Source: Sulfurovum sp. UBA7648 (GTDB taxonomy: Bacteria > Campylobacterota > Campylobacteria > Campylobacterales > Sulfurovaceae). Taken from it: a DNA stretch of 64,000 nucleotides. The stretch spans positions 322,432-386,431 of the forward strand of contig DLIG01000021.1 of the NCBI GenBank assembly GCA_002483605.1, read 5' to 3'. Made by a program: the position numbers and the translations under genes. Below the pieces are notes generated by a model that saw only the letters and a program-made list of their open reading frames with translations, made no database searches and was not told where the DNA came from. Below are positions 15,538 to 24,437 of this stretch, piece by piece (position 1 is the stretch's first letter; each line of letters opens with the position of its first letter).

Positions 15538-16257
15538 ATGACATGTAATGATGAGCAGCATTATAAAAACATACTTGACAATACACTGCAAGCCCTTAAG
15601 AAATATAAAAAAATACTGTTTTTAACCACTTCAAACCGTTGGCACGGAGAAGAGGGTGGCGAAAAGCCTAAAAGTACCAAGCTGGCTTATGAGATTGCCA
15701 AGCGACTGGGGGGTGATAATATTTCTATCATAGAAGTTCCGCTGCTAAAGATCTATCCATGCGAAGGGAATGTATCGACAGCCAGAGGCAATACCTGCGG
15801 GGAGCTTGAAGCAAAGAAAAAAGATCCGCTAAAAAATCCATCAGGCTATCATCGCTGTTGGGCAAGTATCAACAATAAAGATGATGAGCTTTGGCAGATA
15901 AGCAAGGAGCTTTTTGAGTCTGATTGTGTGGTGTTTTTTGGCTCTGTGCGCTGGGGTCAGATGAATAGCGAATACCAAAAATTGATAGAACGTCTCACAT
16001 GGATAGAAAACAGGCACGCAACGCTTGGAGAGGATAACGTAGTCCAAAATATCGATGCAGGCATCATTATCGTATCCCAAAACTGGAACAGTAAAGAGGT
16101 ACTTAGTACACAGAAAAAAGTATTGCAATTTTTTGGATTTAATGTGACAGATAATTTATGCTGGAATTGGCAATATACCCAGAATGAAAGTGATGAGAGC
16201 AAAGAGTCTTATGTCGATGCAGTAAAACAATTTGCAAAGATATTTTTGGAGAAATGA
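15538..16257 (+). CDS. Flavodoxin-like fold protein (NAD(P)H-dependent FMN reductase-like), function unknown
   Basis: 239 aa. KKILFLTTSNRW...KSTKLAYEIAKRL...IEV and later SDCVVFFGSVRWG resemble a flavodoxin-like beta-alpha pattern. The assignment is weak. Confidence 0.35.
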   Translation: MTCNDEQHYKNILDNTLQALKKYKKILFLTTSNRWHGEEGGEKPKSTKLAYEIAKRLGGDNISIIEVPLLKIYPCEGNVSTARGNTCGELEAKKKDPLKNPSGYHRCWASINNKDDELWQISKELFESDCVVFFGSVRWGQMNSEYQKLIERLTWIENRHATLGEDNVVQNIDAGIIIVSQNWNSKEVLSTQKKVLQFFGFNVTDNLCWNWQYTQNESDESKESYVDAVKQFAKIFLEK

Positions 16258-16297
16258 AAAATAGTGGATTTGGTCTTTGAATGATTGATATAGAGCC

Positions 16298-16391
16298 CGT
16301 CATCCCGAATTTATTTCGGGATCTCTATAATTCAAATTGGGATAATTTGTATAATATAATTTGTAGATCCTGAAACAAGTTCAGGATGACG
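16298..16391. repeat. REP-like palindromic element (two inverted hairpin arms)
   Basis: CGTCATCCCGAATTTATTTCGGGATC (16298-16323) and GATCCTGAAACAAGTTCAGGATGACG (16366-16391) match at 22/26 positions in inverted orientation. Each arm is itself a hairpin. The element lies between convergent genes. Confidence 0.75.
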
Positions 16392-16468
16392 ATTTTTTTT
16401 GTTAATTACTATCCTTATAGATCATCGTTCTTGACACGAGGAACCATAATATTGGATTGACGAGTGCT

Positions 16469-17017
16469 TCACAGCTCATCAAACGCATCAAACTTTTCTT
16501 GCGTGGCTTCTAAAACAAGCGTGGCCCCATCATTGAAATGCTTTTCTTTGATGTTTATCCCAAGCTGCGAGAGTGTATATTCTGTCTTTGCCAAGTCGGC
16601 ATAAGCGACTGTTATCTCTCGAATTGCGAGCTTCTCATACGGATATTTTTGCGCGATGTTCACCACTTCATTTACCGCGTCACTATATGCCCGCACCAGC
16701 CCTCCGGTTCCAAGCATGGTTCCTCCGAAATATCGAACTATGATAACAGCACTATTTATCATATCAGCACCGGCTAATGCCTTGAGAGATGGTTTGCCGC
16801 TGGTGCCCTTGGGCTCCCCGTCATCACTGCTGTTTTCAACTATTTGGTCAAATTCATTAATGTATCTGTATGCATAGACGAAGTGTCTGGCTTTGGGATG
16901 TTCATTTCTTAGTCTGCTCATTAGTGTATCAAACTGGCTATAAGGACAGATGTGGGCGATGAACTTTGACTTTTTGACCTCGATAGCAGCAGTAAATTCA
17001 TGAGTGATATAAAACAT
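16469..17017 (-). CDS. yigZ: YigZ (IMPACT/UPF0029) family protein
   Basis: 182 aa. Contains KKSKFIAHI, HPKARHFVYAYRY, SDDGEPKGTSGKP and IIVRYFGGTMLGTGGLVRAY. Confidence 0.85.
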   Translation of the reverse strand: MFYITHEFTAAIEVKKSKFIAHICPYSQFDTLMSRLRNEHPKARHFVYAYRYINEFDQIVENSSDDGEPKGTSGKPSLKALAGADMINSAVIIVRYFGGTMLGTGGLVRAYSDAVNEVVNIAQKYPYEKLAIREITVAYADLAKTEYTLSQLGINIKEKHFNDGATLVLEATQEKFDAFDEL

Positions 17018-17133
17018 GCTGCAATTATAGCAAAAGATATTACCCTCAATAAATCAGAAGCATATAAAGCGAAAAATACTACAATCAATCATAACAATGA
17101 CAGAGTCAAAATATGATTTAAGGAGTATGAAAA

Positions 17134-18909
17134 ATGAAAAGTTTTCGTTTTGTTTTATCGGTTTTTTTGGCTGCGGTGTTTTTTATCCAATTTTCCTATG
17201 CAAAGCCGCTCGAGCTTACAATACTCCATATCAACGATCATCATTCTCATCTAGACCCCGAACCCTTGGAGCTAAAAAGCAACAACAAGACATATATCAT
17301 AGAAGCAGGGGGGATGGCTAGAGTAGCTTCGCTTATAAAAACTCTTAGACAACGATCCAAAAATCCGCTTGTCCTGCATGCCGGAGATGCGATGAGCGGA
17401 ACGCTATATTTCACGCTGTTCAAAGGGCAGGCTGATGTGGAACTGATGAATGAAATAGATTTCGATGCTTTCACTCTTGGCAACCATGAATTTGACGAAG
17501 GTGATGAAGTGCTGGCCCGCTTTATAGACAAGGCTAAATTTCCCGTGATCACCGCAAACGTAGAAGCGTTAAAAGGCTCAGCGCTGGATGGCAAGTGGAG
17601 AGCGTATATCATAAAAGAGATAGACGGGCAAAGAGTAGGCATCATAGGATTGGAAATTGCTCAAAAGACATCTGCATCATCCAGGCCGAGCAGTGCGATT
17701 AGTTTTTATGATGAGATATTTAGAGCTCAGCGTTATGCAGAGGAGCTCCGATCAAAAGGGATAGATAAGATAATCTTGCTAAGCCACTTCGGATACGAAA
17801 ATGACCAGAGGCTTGCGAAAAAAGTAAAAGGGATAGATGTAATAATAGACGGAGATTCACATACATTGCTTGGCGATTTTTCTAGAGTTGGGCTTGGATC
17901 ATCAGGGCAATATCCGACGATAGTTCGCTCAAATGACGGAAATAAAGTATGTATTGCTCAGGCATGGGAATATTCCAAAGCATTAGGAGAACTTCATGTC
18001 TTGTTTGATAACAAAGGAGATGTAGTATCTTGCAATGGAAAAACACACTTGATATCAGGAGAAAATATCTATCTAAAGGATACCGGAGGCAACAAGCAGG
18101 CGATCGACAAGAAAGAGCTTTATGTATTGCAGAGCACTTTAAAAAACAGCGGTTCGCTCAAAATCGTCAAAGACGATGAGAAAGTAGCTCAAAAACTCTC
18201 ATTTTATAAAGATCAAGTCAAAACTAGATCGGCTGAGGTCATAGGGACGATAGGCGAGGATCTGCGACATATAAGGGTGCCCGGCAAAACATATGACGGG
18301 ATTGACGGCAAAGAACTGCCGCTTGGCAGTGAGCTGGCTCCAGTGATAGCCGCATCTTTTTATAATGCCAGTCTTAGGGCGGATGCGTGCATACAAAATG
18401 CAGGCGGTGTGAGATCCGACCTTAGTGCCGGAAATATGACCACGGGCAGCGTATATGGGCTTTTGCCGTTTGCAAATACTTTGGTCGAGATAGAGCTTAC
18501 CGGGGCAGAGGTCAAGCAGACGCTCGAAGATGCACTTATCAATTTTTATGACAATTATGGCTCGGACGGATCTTTCCCGTATGCATATGCGCTTAAGTAC
18601 GATATAGATATGAGCAGGCCCAAAAATGACCGTGTTTACAACCTTGAGATCAAAGATCGCAAAAATGGCAAATGGCAGCCCCTGGATATGTCAAAAAAAT
18701 ACGTAATAGTAGTCAATAGCTATATATCAGAAGGAAGAGACGGCTATACGACATTGCAAGAAGTACAGCAAAAACGCGGTAAAGGAGTCGATACATATCT
18801 GGATTACGCTATGAGTTTTGCCAAATATGTTCAAAGTATCAATCAGCATGGCAAAAAAGTGATGAGGCTGCCAAAAGAGGAGCATTGTATAAAAAGTTAT
18901 AAGATGTGA
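17134..18909 (+). CDS. Bifunctional metallophosphatase/5'-nucleotidase (UshA-like), secreted
   Basis: Signal peptide, ILHINDHHSHL, GDAMSGT and GNHEFD metallophosphatase motifs, and a C-terminal 5'-nucleotidase domain. Confidence 0.85.
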   Translation: MKSFRFVLSVFLAAVFFIQFSYAKPLELTILHINDHHSHLDPEPLELKSNNKTYIIEAGGMARVASLIKTLRQRSKNPLVLHAGDAMSGTLYFTLFKGQADVELMNEIDFDAFTLGNHEFDEGDEVLARFIDKAKFPVITANVEALKGSALDGKWRAYIIKEIDGQRVGIIGLEIAQKTSASSRPSSAISFYDEIFRAQRYAEELRSKGIDKIILLSHFGYENDQRLAKKVKGIDVIIDGDSHTLLGDFSRVGLGSSGQYPTIVRSNDGNKVCIAQAWEYSKALGELHVLFDNKGDVVSCNGKTHLISGENIYLKDTGGNKQAIDKKELYVLQSTLKNSGSLKIVKDDEKVAQKLSFYKDQVKTRSAEVIGTIGEDLRHIRVPGKTYDGIDGKELPLGSELAPVIAASFYNASLRADACIQNAGGVRSDLSAGNMTTGSVYGLLPFANTLVEIELTGAEVKQTLEDALINFYDNYGSDGSFPYAYALKYDIDMSRPKNDRVYNLEIKDRKNGKWQPLDMSKKYVIVVNSYISEGRDGYTTLQEVQQKRGKGVDTYLDYAMSFAKYVQSINQHGKKVMRLPKEEHCIKSYKM

Positions 18910-18933
18910 ATTGGAAATAAGTTATAATTTCGC

Positions 18934-19332
18934 ATGAAAATATCAGTAAATTCTCCATGCCCATGCCATAGCGGAAAGAAATACAAAAAATGCTGCCAGC
19001 CATTTCACAAAGGCGCAAAAGCGGCCAATGCACAGTTTTTGATGAGGTCTAGATACGCTGCATTCGCCTTAGGCGTAAGCGATTATATTATTGCGACTAC
19101 ACACCCTGATAATACCGACTATACAGATGACATATCTTCATGGAAAGACAGCATACTTCAATTTTGCAACAATACAAATTTCGAAGGGCTTAAAATTTTG
19201 GAATTTATAGACGGCGAAAATGAGGCTTTTGTCAAGTTTGACGCACTCTTAAGCGGTACGCATTTCATAGAAAAAAGCCGGTTTTTAAAAGTAGATGGCA
19301 GATGGTTTTATGAGAGCGGAGTGTTTGAGTAG
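18934..19332 (+). CDS. ychJ: YchJ family protein (SEC-C motif)
   Basis: CPCHSGKKYKKCC SEC-C metal-binding motif at the N-terminus, with a UPF0225-like remainder. Confidence 0.85.
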   Translation: MKISVNSPCPCHSGKKYKKCCQPFHKGAKAANAQFLMRSRYAAFALGVSDYIIATTHPDNTDYTDDISSWKDSILQFCNNTNFEGLKILEFIDGENEAFVKFDALLSGTHFIEKSRFLKVDGRWFYESGVFE

Positions 19333-19353
19333 GAATTGTGCAGTGGTATTTCT

Positions 19354-19425
19354 GTCATTCTGAATTTATTTCAGAATCTAGATAATTATCAAGCAAAACA
19401 GATACTGAAACAAGTTCAGCATGAC
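19354..19425. repeat. REP-like palindromic element, second copy
   Basis: GTCATTCTGAATTTATTTCAGAATC (19354-19378) and GATACTGAAACAAGTTCAGCATGAC (19401-19425). Same family and same two-arm inverted layout as 16298-16391, again between convergent genes. Confidence 0.75.
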
Positions 19426-19440
19426 AAGTCAGAAAATTTA

Positions 19441-19773
19441 CTACGATAATTTGCTTATCTCTCTTTGTATAACACCCGGCAATCTTTTTGGCTGTTTTAT
19501 CCTGAGCTGTTTGTTGACATTATATCTGCCAAAAACCACTTCTATATCGTTTGCTGAGATATCAAACTCTTTTGCGAGGTATCTAACCATATGATCAGTA
19601 GCTTTGCCTCTGACAGGTTTTTCGGTTACACTTATTTGGAGCTGATTTCCCTTTGGTTTGCCTATATGGTCTCTTTTGGCTGCCGGGGTTCCTAAAACAT
19701 TCAAAACAAGAATATCACCGTCCATACAGCAAAAAGAATTCATGCTAAGTGCTCGTTTTTCACTCAATTGCAT
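19441..19773 (-). CDS. DUF167 (YggU) family protein
   Basis: LNVLGTPAAKRDHIG...LQISV...PVRGKATDHMVRYLAKEF......IEVVFG matches the YggU pattern. The start codon is uncertain, with an internal Met 10 codons in. Confidence 0.7.
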   Translation of the reverse strand: MQLSEKRALSMNSFCCMDGDILVLNVLGTPAAKRDHIGKPKGNQLQISVTEKPVRGKATDHMVRYLAKEFDISANDIEVVFGRYNVNKQLRIKQPKRLPGVIQREISKLS

Positions 19774-20579
19774 TCTTTTGCGCCAAGCTGTTTTATTTCA
19801 CTGCAAGTAAAACCAGCCAATTTTCTTGCCTTTACATTTATATGAGGGCGATGTTTGTTTGTCAGTTCATATTTGTTTAGTATGTCAAAATACACTCGTT
19901 CATCTATACTATTTTGTAAACAAAGATATTTAAACCACTTATCCCCTTTGCTAACATGCGTTACCTCTTCGTCCAATATGACATAAAGTGCGTCTATGAT
20001 CCTTTTTACTATAGGATCTTTGCGTTTGTTATCCAGTTTTTTGATGATCTGAGGATTGACATCAAGCCCGGCTGCTTCATAATACCTTGGAACTACTGCC
20101 ATTCGTTCAAGTGCTGAGTTATCGGTTTGTCTAGAGATATCAAAGTATCCTTGATGTACATCAAAATCACCGTATTTATAGCCTAGATCTTCCAATACGG
20201 AGTTTAGCATCTTGAAATGCAGTATTTCATCCATGGCTACTTCAAGCCAATCTATCTTAAATTCTTGAGGCATCTCATGAAATCTATAAACCGCATCAAG
20301 AGCCAGATCAATAGCGCTGTATTCTATATGAGTTATCGCATGCACCAATCTTGCCAATCCCTCATTGGTATCCAAATGGTTTCTTTTTGGCAGCTCTTTT
20401 GGGTCAACGATATTGCAAATATCATAATATGATGGTTTGTTAAATACAATAGGCAAAAAATCGGATGGAGTTTGGATATTGTTTTTGGTACAATACGAAA
20501 AACATTTATTGACCAAATCCTCTTTTATCTTTATGTCGTCAGTTATGAGTGCATCGTGCAATGTTTCAAAAAAATTCAT
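19764..20579 (-). CDS. Ferritin-like DUF455 family protein
   Basis: 271 aa. ARLVHAITHIEYSAIDLALD and DEILHFKML look like ferritin-like metal-binding helices. Confidence 0.65.
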   Translation of the reverse strand: MNFFETLHDALITDDIKIKEDLVNKCFSYCTKNNIQTPSDFLPIVFNKPSYYDICNIVDPKELPKRNHLDTNEGLARLVHAITHIEYSAIDLALDAVYRFHEMPQEFKIDWLEVAMDEILHFKMLNSVLEDLGYKYGDFDVHQGYFDISRQTDNSALERMAVVPRYYEAAGLDVNPQIIKKLDNKRKDPIVKRIIDALYVILDEEVTHVSKGDKWFKYLCLQNSIDERVYFDILNKYELTNKHRPHINVKARKLAGFTCSEIKQLGAKECN

Positions 20580-20595
20580 AGGAGAATTATATTAT

Positions 20596-21201
20596 ATGGA
20601 AGTTAAAGTTCAGCCAATGGGGCCATATCAAACAAATTGTTATATAGCAACAATTGATAATAAGGATTTTATTATTGATCCTGGTGTTGGGGCAACATCT
20701 TGGGTTCTTAAAAATGTCAAAAATCCTGTTGCTATAATTAATACACACGGACACTTTGATCATGTGTGGAGCAATCAAGCTATAAAAGAAGCATTAAATA
20801 TTCCTATTTATGTTCCTAGAAAAGATGCTTTTATGCTGCAAAATGATCCGTTTGGACAAGGAACTCCATCAAGTATTCCAGATGTTCAGGTTAAAGAAGA
20901 TGAGGTGGTAGATATAGAAGGGGTTAAAGTAAAATTTCATCATTTTCCTGGCCATACACCCGGATGCAGTGTCGTTGAGGTGGGCAATGTATGGTTTAGC
21001 GGAGATTTTTTATTTGAAGGGTCGATCGGCAGATGGGATTTTCCGTATAGCAATGGTCAAGAGATGACAAAAAGTCTAAAAAAAGTCCTGGCGATGAATG
21101 GAAACTTCAAGATATATCCGGGGCACGGAGGAAGTACCTCTCTGGCAAGAGAGCTGAAATATGTACCTTATTGGATAGAGCAAGTGAGAACCGTTAAATA
21201 A
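20596..21201 (+). CDS. MBL-fold metallo-hydrolase (glyoxalase II-like)
   Basis: MEVKVQPMGPYQTNCYI, THGHFDH and PGHTPG motifs. The ATG at 20596 is preceded by GGAG at 20581. The longer track ORF from 20437 overlaps the divergent gene and is rejected. Confidence 0.85.
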   Translation: MEVKVQPMGPYQTNCYIATIDNKDFIIDPGVGATSWVLKNVKNPVAIINTHGHFDHVWSNQAIKEALNIPIYVPRKDAFMLQNDPFGQGTPSSIPDVQVKEDEVVDIEGVKVKFHHFPGHTPGCSVVEVGNVWFSGDFLFEGSIGRWDFPYSNGQEMTKSLKKVLAMNGNFKIYPGHGGSTSLARELKYVPYWIEQVRTVK

Positions 21202-21222
21202 AGGCAAACTGCTTTGCCTTTA
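21201..21222 (+). terminator. Candidate intrinsic terminator after the MBL hydrolase gene
   Basis: AAGGCAAA-CTGC-TTTGCCTT forms a perfect 8-bp stem overlapping the stop codon. It is followed by a weak T/A tail (TATAAGTT). Confidence 0.45.
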
Positions 21223-21296
21223 TAAGTTCGAAACCGGAGGAGATGTCTCGAAGAGACCGCCGAAGGCTGGGAGAAGTTTTTAGTTTTTAGTTTCTT

Positions 21297-21405
21297 GGAT
21301 CAAGTCTGGAATGACAGACTCTCGTCATACCGAACTTGATTCGGTATCCATGGATTCCAGCTCACAGCACGGAACGACACCCTTCGACAGGCTTAGGGTG
21401 AACGG
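21297..21405. repeat. Cluster of REP-like units in alternating orientation
   Basis: GGATCAAGTCTGGAATGAC (reverse unit), GTCATACCGAACTTGATTCGGTATC (21324-21348, 8-bp stem) and GGATTCCAGCTCACAGCACGGAACGAC (reverse unit), then CCTTCGACAGGCTTAGGGTGAACGG. Located between convergent genes. Confidence 0.65.
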
Positions 21406-21444
21406 AAAATTAGATCCTAAAATTAATTTAGCATAACAAGTGCG

Positions 21445-22617
21445 TTAAATTGTTCTTCTAAACTCAGGATAAGACTCAATACCGCATTCGCTTGCATCTA
21501 ATCCTTCAAGCTGGGCATCGTCTGATGCTCTAAAGGCCATTATTTTATTGATAGCATAAATTATGGCATAAGAGACGGCAAATACAGATATTCCAATTAT
21601 TGCTATGCCTTTGATCTGGCCCATGAGTGTGATCGTCTCATTGCCGGCAAACAATCCGACAGCAAATGTCCCCCATATGCCGTTTATCAAGTGAACAGAC
21701 AAAGCCCCCACCGGATCATCTATACGAACTTTATCAAACAGAGGAACGGCGATCACCACCAGTATTCCTCCAATTCCTCCAATGATAAGTGAATTTAAAG
21801 TATCATACAGGTCTGCACCGGCAGTGATGGCTACAAGTCCTCCTAATGCACCATTTAGTATCATGGTAATATCAAAGAGTTTGTATCTAAGGTATATAAA
21901 GATGCCGGCAGTAAGTGCTCCGGCAAGTCCTGCTGTGTTTGTATTAAAAATTGTAAGTGCTACCGTATCGGCTGCTTCCTTGGAAGCAATATTTCCCACT
22001 GATCCGCCGTTAAAACCAAACCAGCCTATCCAAAGCAATAATGCTCCAAGTGTAACAAGAGGTATATTGGAAGCAGGTATTACTTTTATCTGGTCATTTA
22101 CATATCTGCCTTTTCTTGAACCAATAATCAAGATAGCAGCAAGAAGTGCCCAGCCGCCGGTTGAGTGTATCACGGTTGAGCCAGCAAGGTCATGCATATT
22201 TAGATCAAGAACAGTGTCTTTTAAGATATCGCCGCCCCAAGAAATATTTACGACAAAAGGATAGATCAATGCACCCATAATAACAGTAAATAAGGTCAGT
22301 GGAAATATTTTGGCTCTTTCGCCGACACCTCCGCTCATAATATTGATAGCTTTTCCTACAAAAGCCATCTGAAACATTATAAATGCCAAGGGATTCATAG
22401 TACTAATTTGAATATCGCCAAAAGCAATTTGAAAACCGATCAATATAAATGAAATAGAAGCAACCACATATATCATAATATTGACTGTAAGTACGCTGGT
22501 AACATTTTTTGTTCTCACAATTCCGGCTTCAAGCATGGCAAAACCGGGCACCATGAATATGATCAAAGTCATTGCAAATAGTGTAAAAAGCGTATTGATA
22601 ATATAAGCATCAGCCAT
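21445..22617 (-). CDS. amt: Ammonium transporter
   Basis: 390-aa polytopic protein. It has Amt signatures FAMLEAG, HDLAGSTVIHSTGGW, WFGFNGGS and SVHLINGIWGT. Confidence 0.92.
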   Translation of the reverse strand: MADAYIINTLFTLFAMTLIIFMVPGFAMLEAGIVRTKNVTSVLTVNIMIYVVASISFILIGFQIAFGDIQISTMNPLAFIMFQMAFVGKAINIMSGGVGERAKIFPLTLFTVIMGALIYPFVVNISWGGDILKDTVLDLNMHDLAGSTVIHSTGGWALLAAILIIGSRKGRYVNDQIKVIPASNIPLVTLGALLLWIGWFGFNGGSVGNIASKEAADTVALTIFNTNTAGLAGALTAGIFIYLRYKLFDITMILNGALGGLVAITAGADLYDTLNSLIIGGIGGILVVIAVPLFDKVRIDDPVGALSVHLINGIWGTFAVGLFAGNETITLMGQIKGIAIIGISVFAVSYAIIYAINKIMAFRASDDAQLEGLDASECGIESYPEFRRTI

Positions 22618-22716
22618 TAAATTGCCTTTTTTGCATAAAAATATGGCTAAATTATATCATTTTAATGGGACAATAAAATGCAGCTATTGCTTATTTTTTA
22701 GACAGTACTTTATTAT

Positions 22717-23376
22717 TTAGTATGCAAATTTATAGCCGCGACGACGAACGGTATGTATAACTTGAAACCCTAATATATTTTTAAGGCGTTTACGAATTTG
22801 ATTTATAGCTACTTCAACTGTGTTGTCACTGACATATTCAGGCTCTTCCCAGAGAGCATTGATGATCTCGTCTTTGGAAAAAACTCTCTGTTTACGCAAG
22901 GCAAGATAAGCTAAGATATCAAATGTCTTGCCGTTAAGTGAGACATTTTTTTGATTGTATTCTATTTTTTTGTTTGCGATGTCTATGACTAATTGGCCTA
23001 TATTGATAGTGGTGCCAAAAAGATGGCGCATATTAGCCAACACTCTAGCTGCGATCAGATCAGGATGCTCACAGTGATGACATATAACATCATCAGCCCC
23101 TAGATTGAAAAAAACACCTTGTGTTTTTGGATTTGTGGCTAGTACTATGATCTTAGTTTCATTCTTTTTGCGTTTGACTTCGTTTATATATCTTTCAAGT
23201 GAAAATTTAACGCCTTCGTCAACTACGATAACTAATTCGTAGTGTCTAAAATCTGTAAAATTAGTAGCATCATACAAATCTTTTGCACTATCAACTATAC
23301 AAATAAAATATTTGCTTAGTTCTGATTCAAGTTTTTTGACATATTCATCATTAAAACCTATGGTTAGTATTCTCAT
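22717..23376 (-). CDS. OmpR-family response regulator, atypical/orphan (HP1043/CosR-like)
   Basis: Winged-helix C-terminus WEEPEYVSDNTVEVAINQIRKRL...TVRRRGYKF. The receiver keeps D53 (LVIVVDEG) but lacks the conserved beta5 Lys-Pro (GADDVICHHCEHP). No kinase gene is nearby. Confidence 0.75.
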   Translation of the reverse strand: MRILTIGFNDEYVKKLESELSKYFICIVDSAKDLYDATNFTDFRHYELVIVVDEGVKFSLERYINEVKRKKNETKIIVLATNPKTQGVFFNLGADDVICHHCEHPDLIAARVLANMRHLFGTTINIGQLVIDIANKKIEYNQKNVSLNGKTFDILAYLALRKQRVFSKDEIINALWEEPEYVSDNTVEVAINQIRKRLKNILGFQVIHTVRRRGYKFAY

Positions 23377-23534
23377 ATACTCTTATAACCTTGTAAATTA
23401 TCAAAAAGCGTATCATAGTAATAAAATATTATGATATAAATTTTGCTTAATTAATTTTGATAGAGTTATACCAAAAAACACCTTATTTAAAAATAAAAGT
23501 TAATTTTTAGATTTTTTTGCTATTTTATTAAGAA

Positions 23535-24437
23535 TTAATTTTTTACAGCCTTTATGTAGACTCTTTTTGGAGCTGGATAGCCTTCTACTGTAAGATTTGG
23601 ATTTTGGGGATCTAAGAAGTCTTCCAGACTTTGAGAATCGATCCAATCTGTTTTTCTCTGCTCAGTCTTATCGGTAGTTTTAACGGTTAAAACTTCAACA
23701 TCTTTAAAACCTGCTCTATGACACCAGTTTTTTAGAGCATTTATCGTAGGTATAAAATAGATATTAGGAATTTTGGAATACCGTTCAAAGGGGGTAAGGG
23801 CTACATCTTCTTCGCCATCTATCATAAAAGTATCCAAAAAGAGTTCACCGCCGTTTTCTAATCCTTTGTAGAGAGATTTGAGCGTAGCTATAGGGTCTGA
23901 ACGGTGATACAATACTCCTAGACAAAACAATACATCGAATTTATGCTCATACATCCCCAAATGCTCGACGCCTAAAAGCTCATAGGCTATATCGCTTTTG
24001 ATAAAGTGATTGATAAAAGAAAATTGAGTATAAAAAAGAGCAGATGGATCAAAACCTACAAGTTTTTTTGGTTTATGTTTTAACATCCTAAAAAGATAAT
24101 AACCGTTATTGCAGCCTATGTCTCCTACTGTTTTGCCTTCTAAGCTAAAGTAAGGCTCTAAGAGGTTGTATTTTATAAAGCTTTGCCACTCTGTATCGAT
24201 GAACAAAGAGTTTATTTGAAACGGCCCTTTCCTCCACGGTTTCATGGCGCGTGCCAGCGTATCTATTTGATCTTGCCCGTCTTGTTCTAGAGGTTCTGTT
24301 TGAATCGTAATGATATCATCCAAGCTTACAGTTGTTTCATAATTTGGGAGTTTATTGATCTCTTGCCAAAGAGGGGCTATGTCTTTGAAGTTTAGCCATT
24401 TTAGCCTCTCTTGTCGTATGGAGTTAATGTCTGTCAT
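23535..24437 (-). CDS. cmoB: tRNA U34 carboxymethyltransferase CmoB
   Basis: [22 protein letters not shown] and [14 protein letters not shown] closely follow the E. coli CmoB signature blocks. Confidence 0.92.
   Translation of the reverse strand: MTDINSIRQERLKWLNFKDIAPLWQEINKLPNYETTVSLDDIITIQTEPLEQDGQDQIDTLARAMKPWRKGPFQINSLFIDTEWQSFIKYNLLEPYFSLEGKTVGDIGCNNGYYLFRMLKHKPKKLVGFDPSALFYTQFSFINHFIKSDIAYELLGVEHLGMYEHKFDVLFCLGVLYHRSDPIATLKSLYKGLENGGELFLDTFMIDGEEDVALTPFERYSKIPNIYFIPTINALKNWCHRAGFKDVEVLTVKTTDKTEQRKTDWIDSQSLEDFLDPQNPNLTVEGYPAPKRVYIKAVKN

Noticed and set aside
17097-17321. 74-aa ORF overlapping the 5' end of the 5'-nucleotidase gene
   Set aside because: It is an alternative frame of the signal-peptide region. 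The 17134 frame continues into unambiguous metallophosphatase motifs.
20437-20595. N-terminal 53-codon extension of the MBL hydrolase ORF
   Set aside because: The extension overlaps the 5' end of the divergent DUF455 gene and has no homology-like features. The ATG at 20596 has a GGAG RBS and gives the canonical MBL N-terminus.
21782-22264. 160-aa plus-strand ORF inside amt
   Set aside because: It is antisense to the ammonium transporter gene. The Ala/Ser/Pro-rich sequence mirrors the Gly/Ala-rich TM codons. No independent evidence supports it.
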